Assembly: GCA_963783385.1 (NCBI GenBank)
Contig: CAWANJ010000009.1
Span: forward strand, 640,001-704,000
DNA length: 64,000 nucleotides
Origin: an uncultured Gemmatimonadales bacterium
GTDB taxonomy: Bacteria > Gemmatimonadota > Gemmatimonadetes > Palauibacterales > Palauibacteraceae
Reading direction: 5' to 3'
Part shown: piece by piece, positions 21,071 through 31,391 of the stretch
Layout of the letters: every line of letters begins with the position of its first letter
How positions within the stretch are numbered: the stretch's first letter is position 1
Translations under genes and position numbers: made by a program
The notes under the pieces: generated by a model
The model's database searches: none
What the model saw: the letters and a program-made list of their open reading frames with translations, nothing else
What the model was told of the DNA's origin: nothing

Positions 21071-22312
21071 ATGTCTGGATTCGAGGGATCGAGAGAGCTC
21101 GGGCGGCCGCGGACCGGTCTCCGCGGCGCCAGGCCCGCCCTCTTCGCGCTCGCCGCTTGCGTGGCGCTCGTCGCGGCGGGGTGCAAGAATGTCCTCGAGC
21201 CGCCCGACCCCAGCGGCGGGCACCTGTTCGACCGTTACGTGGCCTTCGGGAACAGCATCACGGCCGGCTTCCAGTCGGCGGGCATCAACGACAGCACGCA
21301 GCAGCAGTCCTACGCCGCCGTGTTCGCGGAGATGGCCGGAACGACCTTCAGCCAGCCGCTCCTCGCCAGCCCCGGTTGTCCGCCCCCGGTGGTGAACATC
21401 TTCACCGGTGAGGTGGTGGGGGGGGCTGCGGCGCCCGCCTGCGCGCTCCGGGATCGAGCCACTCCGCCGGTCCTCAACGACGTGGCGGTGCCGGGCGCGG
21501 CGGTCATCGACCCGCTCACGAACCTGGCCGACAGCAGTCGGGCCAACACGCTCACGACCCTCATGCTCGGGGGGAGAACGCAGTTCCAGGCCGCCCGCGC
21601 GGCCGACCCCACCTTCGTGACCGTGTGGATCGGCAACAACGACGCGCTCGACGCGGCGCTCTCCGGGGACACCACGCTGATCACGCCACAGGCCACCTTC
21701 GCGGCCCGCTACCAGGCCCTGGCCGACAGTATCGCTCGCCTGCCGAGCCTGCAGGGCGCGGCCCTCCTCGGGGTCGGGTTCGTGAAGTACATACCCAACC
21801 TCTCTCTCGGCGCCGCCTACTGGGTCGCCAAGCAGCAGAACCAGCTTCCGCCCACCTTCCAGGTGAGCAACGACTGCGCGCCCGCGGCCTACGGCGGCGT
21901 GGGCGAGGCCGCCCGGGTGCCGTTCGCCTACGGGTTCGGCGTGCTTATGGCACAGGCACTCCAGGGCCAGGTCGTCACCCTGGACTGCGTGAACGATCCG
22001 CCGGTGCTCAACCCCGCCGAGGTGGCGGCCGTGCATCGGGCCGTGGTCGGGTACGATGCCACGATCCAGCAGATCGCCCAGGATCACAACTGGGTCTTCC
22101 TGGACCCGAACGTCCTCCTCCTGGACCAGCTCCAGAAGGGCAACATCCCGCCCTTCCCCAACACCTCGGGCGCCGAGGCGGTGAACGAGCCGTTCGGTCC
22201 CATGTTCAGCAAGGACGGCGTGCACCCGAGCGGCGCCGCGCACCGGCTGATCGCCGACGCGCTCGCCGCCACCGTCGCGTCCCGCTACAAGACGAGCCTG
22301 CCGAACCAGTAG
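21071..22312 (+). CDS. SGNH/GDSL hydrolase lipoprotein
   Basis: AAGC lipobox; GNSITAG (block I), WIGNND (III), DGVHP (V). Confidence 0.85.
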   Translation: MSGFEGSRELGRPRTGLRGARPALFALAACVALVAAGCKNVLEPPDPSGGHLFDRYVAFGNSITAGFQSAGINDSTQQQSYAAVFAEMAGTTFSQPLLASPGCPPPVVNIFTGEVVGGAAAPACALRDRATPPVLNDVAVPGAAVIDPLTNLADSSRANTLTTLMLGGRTQFQAARAADPTFVTVWIGNNDALDAALSGDTTLITPQATFAARYQALADSIARLPSLQGAALLGVGFVKYIPNLSLGAAYWVAKQQNQLPPTFQVSNDCAPAAYGGVGEAARVPFAYGFGVLMAQALQGQVVTLDCVNDPPVLNPAEVAAVHRAVVGYDATIQQIAQDHNWVFLDPNVLLLDQLQKGNIPPFPNTSGAEAVNEPFGPMFSKDGVHPSGAAHRLIADALAATVASRYKTSLPNQ

Positions 22313-22514
22313 CCGTAGCGCATTCGCCCGGCGGGAGATAGCGCTCCGGGGTGGATTCGGGGCGTCCCGTCGGGCCCCCCGGGCGGACCCGACGAGCGGG
22401 TAGCGGGTATGTCCGCGCGCCACCGGGAGGGGCCGGACCGCGACCGCGTTCCCGGACACGCCGGTGTCACGACATTCGACACTCGATCGAGTCCATCAGG
22501 GAAGCAGGAGTCGC

Positions 22515-24788
22515 ATGAACGCCGGTCTCGAAGCTCCCGGTCGCCGCCCCCTCGTGTGGGCGGCCGTCGTCATCCTCCCCCTCCTCGCCTCGGCCTGCGC
22601 CACGGCCGGCGGCGGAGCCGCTCCCGCCGCCGAGACGGCGCCGGCGGCCACCGCCGCGAAGCCGGCCTCCGCGGACACGCTCCTCCTGCCCGGTCCCGAC
22701 ATTCGGGCCGCGGCCGACACGGCCCGGCTGACCGGGCACGAGCTCGGGACGATGTGGACGTTCGAGAACCCTCCCGTGGACTACTGGAAGGCCCGCTACG
22801 GGTTCGAGCCTTCGCAGTCCTGGCTGCAGCACGTGCGCCTCGCGTCCCTGCGCTTCGGGCAGATCTGCTCGGCCTCGTTCGTGTCCCCCGACGGGCTGGT
22901 GATGACGAACCACCACTGCTCGCGCGACTGCGTCTCGGCCGTATCACCGCCGGACAGCGACTACGTGGCCAACGGATTCTACGCCCCCACGCGGGCCGAC
23001 GAGAAGCTGTGCCCGGACCTGTATCTCGATCAGCTCGTGGCCATCACCGACGTCACCGACAGCGTGCGCGGAGCCGACGCGTCGGCCGGGGCGAGCGACG
23101 AGGCCATCGCCGAGGCGCGGGACTCCGCCGAGGCGCGACTCGAGCGGCGCTGCGAGGACGGCCCCCAGGTGCACTGCCAGGTCGTGAACCTCTACCACGG
23201 CGGCCAGTTCCAGCTCTACCGCTACCACCGCTACGCGCCGGTCAAGCTCGTGTTCGCCCCCGAGCTGCAGGCGGGCTACTTCGGCGGGGATGACGACAAC
23301 TTCACCTATCCACGCTTCGCGCTCGACGTGGCGTTCTTCCGGGCCTACGCGCCCGACAGCACGGAGCCGGTGCAGCCGAAGGACTACTTCCGCTGGGACT
23401 CGAGCGGCCCCGACGAGGGCGAGGTCGTCTTCCTCACCGGCAACCCGGGCTCCACGAGCCGGCTGGCGACGGTGAGCGAGCTCCTGTACGAGGGTCGCTA
23501 CCGGCATCCGTTCGGGCTCCAGTACTTCCACGAGATCGCCGACTTCTACCGCGAAATCGAGCAGAAGAACCCGGCGGCCGCCAAGCAGATCCGCGAGCGC
23601 CTGTTCGAGATCGAGAACACGATCAAGGCCTACACGGGCGAGCTGAAGGGACTGCGCGACCCGGACCTCATGGGCGAGAAGCTGGCCTGGGAGCGCGCCT
23701 TCCGGGACAGCGTGGCCTCGAACGCCGCCCTCGAGCGGAAGTACGGCGACGTGTGGGACCGGATCGCGCGGATCGAGCGGGAGAAGCTCGACATCGCCGC
23801 CGCCCGCTCCCTGGACAACCCCGGCTTCCTGGGCTCTCCGTACGTGGGCCTGGCCGGCGAACTCATCGACTACGTCCGCTATCACGGACAGCCCGCCGAC
23901 TCGCTCCCCGAGGGCATGTCGGCCGACGACCTTCAGAAGATGGGCCAGCACCTGCGATCGGGCATGTCGCCGGATCCGGGCACGAGCGCGCGTATCCTGC
24001 GGATCCGACTGGATCTGGCGCGGATCTGGCTCCCGCAGGACGACACACTGCGCCGGCTCGTCTTGCGGCCGGGGGAGATTCCCGCCGCAGCCGCCAACCG
24101 CCTGGTGGAGAGCTCCCGGCTCGGTGACCCCACCTTCCGGGAGGCCCTCATGAATGGGGGCCGGACGGCCGTCGACACGAGCTCCGATCCCGTGATCGCG
24201 CTGGTGCGGATGATGGACGCGCGCTATCGGCGCCTCGATCCACGCTGGAAGCGGCTCGGGGCGGCCGAGACCGTGCAGGAGGGTCGGCTTGCCGAGGCCC
24301 TGTTCGCGGTGTTCGGCACCAACGTCCCGCCCGACGCGACCTTCACGCTCCGCATCTCGGACGGTGTCGTGAAGCGCTACGATTACAACGGAACCGTCGC
24401 CCCGGCGTTCACGAACTTCTACGGCCTCTACGCCCGGGCTGCCGCCTTCGGGGACTCCTTCCCCTTCGAGCTCGCGCACCACCTCGAGACGGCGCGCGAC
24501 TCCCTCGACCTCGGGACTCGGTTCGACTTCGTGTCCACGAACGACATCACGGGGGGGAACAGCGGAAGCCCGGTCGTGGACCGGCAGGGCCGCGCGGTGG
24601 GCGTGGCCTTCGACGGCAACATCGAGCAGCTCCCGAACGAGTACCTCTTCCGGGATGCGACCGCCCGCACGGTCGCCGTGGACGCGGCGGGGATCACCGA
24701 GGCGCTGGAGCATGCCTACCACGCCCAAAGGCTGGTCGACGAGCTCCTCGGCCGCTCCAGCGGCTCCGGGAGGCATGGAGGCGACTGA
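22515..24788 (+). CDS. S46 family dipeptidyl peptidase (lipoprotein)
   Basis: LASAC, MWT, CSASFVSPDGLVMTNHHC, PDATFTLRIS.G, DITGGNSGSP, AFDGN. Confidence 0.93.
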   Translation: MNAGLEAPGRRPLVWAAVVILPLLASACATAGGGAAPAAETAPAATAAKPASADTLLLPGPDIRAAADTARLTGHELGTMWTFENPPVDYWKARYGFEPSQSWLQHVRLASLRFGQICSASFVSPDGLVMTNHHCSRDCVSAVSPPDSDYVANGFYAPTRADEKLCPDLYLDQLVAITDVTDSVRGADASAGASDEAIAEARDSAEARLERRCEDGPQVHCQVVNLYHGGQFQLYRYHRYAPVKLVFAPELQAGYFGGDDDNFTYPRFALDVAFFRAYAPDSTEPVQPKDYFRWDSSGPDEGEVVFLTGNPGSTSRLATVSELLYEGRYRHPFGLQYFHEIADFYREIEQKNPAAAKQIRERLFEIENTIKAYTGELKGLRDPDLMGEKLAWERAFRDSVASNAALERKYGDVWDRIARIEREKLDIAAARSLDNPGFLGSPYVGLAGELIDYVRYHGQPADSLPEGMSADDLQKMGQHLRSGMSPDPGTSARILRIRLDLARIWLPQDDTLRRLVLRPGEIPAAAANRLVESSRLGDPTFREALMNGGRTAVDTSSDPVIALVRMMDARYRRLDPRWKRLGAAETVQEGRLAEALFAVFGTNVPPDATFTLRISDGVVKRYDYNGTVAPAFTNFYGLYARAAAFGDSFPFELAHHLETARDSLDLGTRFDFVSTNDITGGNSGSPVVDRQGRAVGVAFDGNIEQLPNEYLFRDATARTVAVDAAGITEALEHAYHAQRLVDELLGRSSGSGRHGGD

Positions 24789-25863
24789 CACGCTCGGCTC
24801 CGCGGCGGCACGTCTTCCCGGCGTGACGCGGGCCCGCCACGCCGAAGCCCGCATCCTCGTCGTGGACGACGAGCCCGCGAACCTGGAGCTCGTGCGGGCC
24901 GTCCTGGAGCCGACCGGGTACCGGAGTGTTCGGAGCACGGCTGATCCATTCGAGGCTCTCGGGCTGTGTCTCGCGGAGCCGCCCGATCTGCTCATCCTGG
25001 ACCTTCGCATGCCCGGGTTGAGCGGCGCCGAGCTCCTGGAGCGGCTGAGGGAGGGCCTGCCGGACTTTTCCCTGCGGCCCTGCCTCGTGCTCACTTCCGA
25101 GCATTTCCGCGAGGCCAAGCGCCGCGCCCTCGGTACCGGTGCGCGCGACTTCCTCACCAAGCCCGTGAGTCCGACGGAGCTCCGGCTCCGGGTGGCCAAC
25201 CTGCTCGAGACGCGCTTCCTTCACCTGGCGCTCCAGAGGCAGAACGACCTCCTCGAGGCCGCCGTCCGTGCCAGGACGGCCGAGCTCGAGGAGGCACGCC
25301 TCGAGATCCTCGAGCGGCTGGCCCTGGCCGCCGAGTGGAGGGACGACGACACCGGCGAGCACATCCGGAGGGTAGGTCGCCTGGCGGCGGACCTGGCCCG
25401 GAGGGTGGACCTGGACGCCGACGAGGTGGAGCTCATCGGGCGGGCCGCCCCCCTCCACGACGTGGGGAAGATCGGAATCCACGACGCCATCCTGCTCAAG
25501 CCCGGCCCCCTGGACGCCGGCGAGCTCGAGGCCATGCGCGCGCACACCACGATCGGAGGAGAGATCCTGTCGCGAAGCCGGTTCCCATCGCTGAGGGCGG
25601 CGGAGGAGATCGCCCGGCACCACCACGAGAACTGGGACGGCTCGGGTTACCCGATGGGCCTGGCTGGAGAGACGATTCCCCTGCGCGCGCGCATCGTCGC
25701 CATCGCCGACGTGTTCGACTCGCTCACGCACGAGCGGGTGTACAAGGCCGCCTGGACCTCGGACGCCGCCCTGGCGGAGATCCGCAGCGCGGCGGGCAGA
25801 AAGCTCGACCCGCGGCTCACGGAGCTGTTCGTGTCCCACGCGTGTCCCCGCTCCCGGGCATGA
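24775..25863 (+). CDS. Response regulator with HD-GYP phosphodiesterase domain (RpfG-like)
   Basis: REC domain (VVDDE, LDLRMP, KP); TGEHIRRV, HDVGKIG, HHENWDGSGYP, ADVFDSL. Confidence 0.93.
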   Translation: MEATDTLGSAAARLPGVTRARHAEARILVVDDEPANLELVRAVLEPTGYRSVRSTADPFEALGLCLAEPPDLLILDLRMPGLSGAELLERLREGLPDFSLRPCLVLTSEHFREAKRRALGTGARDFLTKPVSPTELRLRVANLLETRFLHLALQRQNDLLEAAVRARTAELEEARLEILERLALAAEWRDDDTGEHIRRVGRLAADLARRVDLDADEVELIGRAAPLHDVGKIGIHDAILLKPGPLDAGELEAMRAHTTIGGEILSRSRFPSLRAAEEIARHHHENWDGSGYPMGLAGETIPLRARIVAIADVFDSLTHERVYKAAWTSDAALAEIRSAAGRKLDPRLTELFVSHACPRSRA

Positions 25864-26585
25864 GCTCGATCCCAGCCGCCGTCCGGCGCGCCTCGTGCGC
25901 CTCTCTGACGGGAGCCTGCGCCCTGATCGCGCTCGGATGCGCGTCGACCGCCCCGGAGCCGCCTGGCGCACTGCCCTCGCCCGCGCCTCCCGCCATCGTC
26001 TCCAATGCCCTGACCGGCGTCGCCATGGGCCAGAACGGGCTCACGGCCCCCGCGCTGCTCCGAGCGGCGGGCGCCTCGCTGGAGACCGCTGGCTTCCCGC
26101 GGGCCGACTCCATCCTCCTGGGCGTGTGGCGGGGGTGCGGCGACACGCCGGCCGGCCGCCGCGCGCTGCTGCTCCTGGCCGGCACGCGGCTGGATCCGCG
26201 GAACGGGACGGCCGACCCCGACGAGGCAGCCTGGGCGGCCGCGCGCTATCTGTCCCTGCGCGGATCCCGGGACTGGAGCCAGCCCCTGGCCCGGCAGCTC
26301 TACCTGTTCGCCCTGGAGCTGGGCGCCGATACGGTGCCTGCCGGGGCCCTGGAGAGGGCCCCGACCCCCGGCGTCCACCCGCCCGCCGGGGACCCCGGTC
26401 CGCCGCAGGTGCCCTCCCTCGCCTCGTGTGACGCAACCGGTTCCGCCGGTGGGAGCACCGAGCAAGGGCTGCCGCTCCCGCACCTGGCGTCCCGCCCGGT
26501 GACCCGACAGCTCGCCGAGCTCCGGACCCGCATCGCGGCCCTGGAGAGGGAGCTCGACCGGATCCGCAAGACCCTGCACCCCTAG
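25860..26585 (+). CDS. Hypothetical lipoprotein with C-terminal coiled coil
   Basis: ATGA overlap with upstream stop; IALGC lipobox; helical core; tail LAELRTRIAALERELDRIRKTL. Confidence 0.7.
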   Translation: MSSIPAAVRRASCASLTGACALIALGCASTAPEPPGALPSPAPPAIVSNALTGVAMGQNGLTAPALLRAAGASLETAGFPRADSILLGVWRGCGDTPAGRRALLLLAGTRLDPRNGTADPDEAAWAAARYLSLRGSRDWSQPLARQLYLFALELGADTVPAGALERAPTPGVHPPAGDPGPPQVPSLASCDATGSAGGSTEQGLPLPHLASRPVTRQLAELRTRIAALERELDRIRKTLHP

Positions 26586-26601
26586 GGAGACCGCCGTCGG
26601 C

Positions 26602-28167
26602 GTGTCGGTCCGAACCCGCCTGGTCTCCACCCTGGGCCTGGTCGTGGTCCTGCTGGTCCTTCCGGCCATCTACGGCGTCGTCCGCCTGAGAGAGGTCCGC
26701 GACATCGCTCTGGAGCTCCAGGGCCGCGACGCCGCCGCGTCCCTGGCCGTGGGTCGACTCGAAGCCGCCCTCGGTGAGCTCGACTGGTCCGAGCGCTCCT
26801 ACATCGCGGTGCAGGCCGAGGCCGCCCGAAGCAACATGTACGCGGCCCTCGATAGTGCCAGCCGGGCGGTTCGGGACCTGCGTCAATCGGGCTTCGAACC
26901 CGAGGCCCGACCCACCACCGCCCTCCTGACCGTGCTCGGCAAGTCGACCGCTCGAACGGAGGCGCTCGTCCGTGCTGGCAGGGTGTCCGCCGCCACGGAA
27001 GCGTTCGAGGCGCTCAAGCCGTTGTTCGACCGGGCCCGCGGCTCCCTGCCCCCGCTGGCCGAGGCCATCGATCGGAGAGGCGCCGACGCCGCCGAACGGG
27101 CCCGGCGCCTGAGCAGCGCGGCGGCTCGCGGAACGCTCGTCGCGCTCGTCGCCGCCAGCGTGCTGGTGGTGCTGGTCGGGAGCTGGCTAACCGGCTCCCT
27201 GACCGTGCCCATCCGGCGGCTGGGGCGTGCCACCCGGCGGGTCGCGCGCGGCGAGTTCGACGCCCCGTCCGACCTTCCCTACGACCGGCGCGACGAATTC
27301 GGGGAGCTGAGCCGGTCCTTCCGGGCCATGACCGAGCAGCTGGACGAGCTCGTGCGTCTGCGGGCGGACTTCGTGGGCATGGCATCCCACGAGCTCAAGA
27401 CGCCGCTCAACGTGATGGCGGGCTACAGCGAGATGCTCGCCGCCGGCGAGTACGGCGTGCTGTCCCCCGCGCAGCGACGCGCGGTGCAGCAGATCCGCGA
27501 GCAGTCGGGGATCCTCGACCGGCTGGTCCGCCAACTCCTGGACATGAGCCGCCTGGAGAGCGGCTCCTTCGCGGTGGAGATGGAGCCCGTGCGAGTGAGA
27601 CACCTCCTCCGGCAACTGGAGGAGAGCTTCCGGCCGCTCGCCTCGCGGCGCGGCGTCGCCTTCACCGTGAGGGCGGAGCCCACGACCCCGGCCGCGCTCG
27701 AAGCCGACGTGGACCGTCTGCGCAACGAGGTGTTCGGAAACCTGCTCTCCAACGCCTTCAAGTTCACGCCCCGTGGCGGCTCGGTCGCGGTGACGGCGCG
27801 CGGAGACCCCGGCGCAATCCTGTTCGAGGTCGCGGACACCGGCCCCGGCATCCTGCCCGAGCACCTCGCCCTCATCTTCGAGAAGTACTATCAGCCCACG
27901 CGAGAAGCCCGCGCCCTGGGTACGGGCCTCGGCCTCGCCATCGCCCGGGACGTGGTGATCGCCCACGGGGGAACGATCGAGGTGGACAGCGCTCCCGGCT
28001 CGGGAAGCCGATTCCGGGTCACGCTTCCGGTGGCTGGTCCGGGACACGGCGGCCGGAGGCGCGTAGGCCACGAGACGACCCCCGGCGATGGCGCCGGAGG
28101 CGGCGGCTCGCCACCCTCTCTCGACAACACGCGGCTCGGCCGCCCCTCCAACCGGAGCAGAGCATGA
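26602..28167 (+). CDS. HAMP-domain sensor histidine kinase
   Basis: Two TMs, HAMP, ASHELKTPL, NLLSNAFKF, DTGPGI, GTGLGL. Confidence 0.95.
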   Translation: MSVRTRLVSTLGLVVVLLVLPAIYGVVRLREVRDIALELQGRDAAASLAVGRLEAALGELDWSERSYIAVQAEAARSNMYAALDSASRAVRDLRQSGFEPEARPTTALLTVLGKSTARTEALVRAGRVSAATEAFEALKPLFDRARGSLPPLAEAIDRRGADAAERARRLSSAAARGTLVALVAASVLVVLVGSWLTGSLTVPIRRLGRATRRVARGEFDAPSDLPYDRRDEFGELSRSFRAMTEQLDELVRLRADFVGMASHELKTPLNVMAGYSEMLAAGEYGVLSPAQRRAVQQIREQSGILDRLVRQLLDMSRLESGSFAVEMEPVRVRHLLRQLEESFRPLASRRGVAFTVRAEPTTPAALEADVDRLRNEVFGNLLSNAFKFTPRGGSVAVTARGDPGAILFEVADTGPGILPEHLALIFEKYYQPTREARALGTGLGLAIARDVVIAHGGTIEVDSAPGSGSRFRVTLPVAGPGHGGRRRVGHETTPGDGAGGGGSPPSLDNTRLGRPSNRSRA

Positions 28168-31100
28168 AGGCCGTTCGAGGTTTCGGTGCACTCGCGTACG
28201 CCGTGGCGCTCCTCGTCGCCTCGGGCGTTGTCCCCGCGACCGTCGGGGCGCAGGCCTGGGGCCCGGCCGACTCCGCCCGCATCACCGGACCTGCGCTGGC
28301 GCTCGCTGGGTCCCGCGATCGCCGGCGGGCGGGTGACCGCCATCACGGTCGACCCCCGCGACGCCGACGTCATCTACGTGGGCTCGGCGTCGGGCGGCGT
28401 GTTCAAGACGACGAACGACGCGGCCACCTGGACGCCCGTGTTCGACCACGCCTCCAACCTCTCGGTGGGCGCCATCGCGCTGGCCCCCTCCGACCCGGAC
28501 GAGGTGTGGGTCGGGACGGGAGAGGCCAACAACCGGAACAGCTCGCCGTTCGGCGCCGGCCTGTACCGGAGCCTCGACGGCGGACAGTCGTTCGAGCTTC
28601 GTGGGACTCGGCCCGACGCGTCAGATCGGCCGCATCGCCGTGGACCCGAGGGACCCGGACGTCGTCTACGTGGCGGCGCTCGGACACCTGTTCGGCCCCA
28701 ACCCGGAGCGCGGGCTGTACCGGACCCGCGACGGCGGCAAGACGTGGGAGAAGGTCCTGTACATCGACGACAACACGGGCGTCGTCGATGTCGCCCTCAA
28801 CCCGGCCAATCCGAATATCGTCTACGCCGCCGCCTACCAGCGTCGGCGGCGGGCGTGGGGCTTCGACGGCGGCGGGCCCGGGAGCGGCATCTACCGGAGC
28901 GTGGACGGCGGGGACAGCTGGGAGAAGCTCACGAAGGGCCTCCCGCCCGGCGCGAAGGGTCGCATCGGCCTGGCCACCTGGGCCGGCGACCCGAACCTCG
29001 TCCTGGCGCTCGTCCAGGCGCGCGGGCGGCGGGCTGTTCCGCTCCGAGGACCGCGGAACCACGTGGTCAAGGCTGAACGACCTCGACCCGCGTCCCATGT
29101 ACTACAGCCAGGTGCGGATCGACCCCACCGACCGCGACCGGATCTACGTCCTCGGGACGCGGCTGTACCGATCGGAGGACGGCGGCAAGAGCTTCCACAC
29201 GCTGGGGCTGGAGAAGGACTACAACCTGGGCGCGCACGTCGACAACCACGCCCTGTGGATCGACCCGCGCGACTCCCGCCACCTCCTCCTCGGCAACAAT
29301 GGCGGCTTCTACGCCTCGCGCGACCGCGGCACGACGTGGCGCTTCCCCGCCAACCTCCCCATCGAGCAGTTCTACGACGTCGCCCTCGACATGGACACGC
29401 CCTACCACATCTACGGGGGTCTCCAGGACAACAACTCCTACGAGGGGCCGAGCGCCACCCGCCGCTGGCAGGGCATCATGAACCGGGACTGGTCGGTGGT
29501 CGATTTCGGCGACGGCATGTACGCGGCCGCCGACCCGACCGATCCCCACGTCGCCTACGCCAGCTCGCAGGGGGGCGCCATCCTCCGCATCGACCCGATC
29601 ACGGGGGACCGGAAGTCGATCCAGCCCGTGCCTCCCGACACCAGCACGCACTACCGGTTCGACTGGACCTCGCCGATCCTGCTCTCCCCCCACGACCCGA
29701 ACACGGTCTACCTGGGCGGGAACCGGCTGTTCATCTCGCACGACCGCGGCGACTCGTGGACGGCCACGAAGGACCTGTCGCGGGGGATCCCGCAGGACAG
29801 TCTGCCGATCATGGGAGGTCTCACCGACTCGACCACCCTGTCCCGGAACGACGGGACGGCGAGCTACGGCGAGATCACCACGATCTCCGAGTCGCCCGTC
29901 CAGGCCGGGGTCCTGTGGGCCGGCACCGACGACGGCAACGTCCAGGTGAGCCGGGACGACGGGAAGACGTGGACCGAGGTCGGAGGCCGGCTGCCGGGCG
30001 TCCCGCGCCGCATGGTCGTGAGCCGCGTGGAGGCCTCCCACGCCGCGGCGGGCCGCGCCTACGTGAGCCTGGACGGGCACTGGGACGACGACTACCGGCC
30101 GTGGCTGTTCGTGACCGACGACTACGGTCGGAGCTGGAAGAGCCTGGGCGCCGGCCTGGCCGCCGACTCGGCCACCACGGTGGACGTCGTGCGCGAGCAC
30201 CCCGACAATCCGAACCTCCTGCTCGTCGGCGCCGAGAACGGCGTGTACGCGTCGCTGGACGCGGGCGTGCACTGGTTCCGGCTCGGCCTGGGCATGCCGC
30301 ACGTGGCCGTCAAGGACCTGGAGATCCACCCGCGCGACGACGACCTGGTGGCCGCCAGCCACGGTCGCGGCGTGTGGATCCTGGACGACATCGGGGCCCT
30401 GGCCGGGATGAGCCCGGCCGTGGCGGCCGCGCCGCTCCACGTCTTCTCCGTCCGCCCCTCGACCCTGTTCCAGTACCGGAACGGGGTGCCGCCCCTGGGC
30501 GAGGAGGCGTTCATGGCCCCCAACCCGCCGTTCGGGGCCGTGATCGACTACTCCCTGGCGTCGGATCTCCCCGGCGGCGTGTCGGTCAGGTTCCGGGACG
30601 CGCGCGACAGCGTCGTCCGGACCCTGCACGGACCGTCCACGGCCGGCATCCACCGCCTCGTCTGGGACCTGCGCCGGGACCCGCTCCCCATGGACACCAC
30701 GCGCTTCGAGCCGCCCGCGCTGGACGTGGGGCCGCAGGGCCCCCTCGTGATGGCGGGGCGCTACACGGCGGAGCTCGACGCGCTGGGCGACACGGCCACG
30801 ACCACGCTGGAGGTGCGCACCGACCCCCTGCATCCCGTTCCCGAGGCGGAGCAGGAGGCTCGCTACGCGTTCACGCTGGCGCTCTACCGGCTGGAGCGCC
30901 GCGCCTACGACGCCGCCCTCCGCTCGCGGGCCCTGCGCGAGGGCGCCACGGCCGCCGTGAAGGCCTTCCGCGACCGGAAGCCCGCCGACGCCGCGGTGCT
31001 GGCGCGGGTCGACTCCATGGCCCGGGTAGTGTCGAAGCCCGACCGGGAGATCGCCCGGGTCAACCTGTCGCTCCGCAACTGGTGGCGGGGCCTGATCGGC

Positions 31101-31391
31101 CAGTTCGACGGGGGCTCCTCCACGCAGGGCACGATGACCGGGCCCACCCCGGGCCAGGAGCGCAGGCTGGGCTGGCTAAGGGACCGGCTGACGACGGCGC
31201 TCGGCGACCTGGACGAGGCGATCGGGAAGACCCTGCCGGAGCTCAACCGGGCGCTGGCGACCGAGCAGGTGCTGCCCGTGCAGGCGCCGCCGGCGGCCGA
31301 GGCAGACTCGGAGTCCGGCCGCGCCGGGGGCCCCGCGGCGACAGCGGCACAGCCGGCGATGGCGGCTCAGCCTGCGGCGGGCGGAGGCTGA
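28164..31391 (+). CDS. VPS10/BNR (Asp-box) repeat secreted protein; frameshifts near 28290, 28600 and 29020
   Basis: WRSLGPAIAGGR, repeated S.DGG.TW Asp-boxes, GGLQDN, GTDDG, HGRG.WILDD, C-terminal helical domain. Confidence 0.88.
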   Translation: MKAVRGFGALAYAVALLVASGVVPATVGAQAWGPADSARITGPALALAGSRDRRRAGDRHHGRPPRRRRHLRGLGVGRRVQDDERRGHLDARVRPRLQPLGGRHRAGPLRPGRGVGRDGRGQQPEQLAVRRRPVPEPRRRTVVRASWDSARRVRSAASPWTRGTRTSSTWRRSDTCSAPTRSAGCTGPATAARRGRRSCTSTTTRASSMSPSTRPIRISSTPPPTSVGGGRGASTAAGPGAASTGAWTAGTAGRSSRRASRPARRVASAWPPGPATRTSSWRSSRRAGGGLFRSEDRGTTWSRLNDLDPRPMYYSQVRIDPTDRDRIYVLGTRLYRSEDGGKSFHTLGLEKDYNLGAHVDNHALWIDPRDSRHLLLGNNGGFYASRDRGTTWRFPANLPIEQFYDVALDMDTPYHIYGGLQDNNSYEGPSATRRWQGIMNRDWSVVDFGDGMYAAADPTDPHVAYASSQGGAILRIDPITGDRKSIQPVPPDTSTHYRFDWTSPILLSPHDPNTVYLGGNRLFISHDRGDSWTATKDLSRGIPQDSLPIMGGLTDSTTLSRNDGTASYGEITTISESPVQAGVLWAGTDDGNVQVSRDDGKTWTEVGGRLPGVPRRMVVSRVEASHAAAGRAYVSLDGHWDDDYRPWLFVTDDYGRSWKSLGAGLAADSATTVDVVREHPDNPNLLLVGAENGVYASLDAGVHWFRLGLGMPHVAVKDLEIHPRDDDLVAASHGRGVWILDDIGALAGMSPAVAAAPLHVFSVRPSTLFQYRNGVPPLGEEAFMAPNPPFGAVIDYSLASDLPGGVSVRFRDARDSVVRTLHGPSTAGIHRLVWDLRRDPLPMDTTRFEPPALDVGPQGPLVMAGRYTAELDALGDTATTTLEVRTDPLHPVPEAEQEARYAFTLALYRLERRAYDAALRSRALREGATAAVKAFRDRKPADAAVLARVDSMARVVSKPDREIARVNLSLRNWWRGLIGQFDGGSSTQGTMTGPTPGQERRLGWLRDRLTTALGDLDEAIGKTLPELNRALATEQVLPVQAPPAAEADSESGRAGGPAATAAQPAMAAQPAAGGG

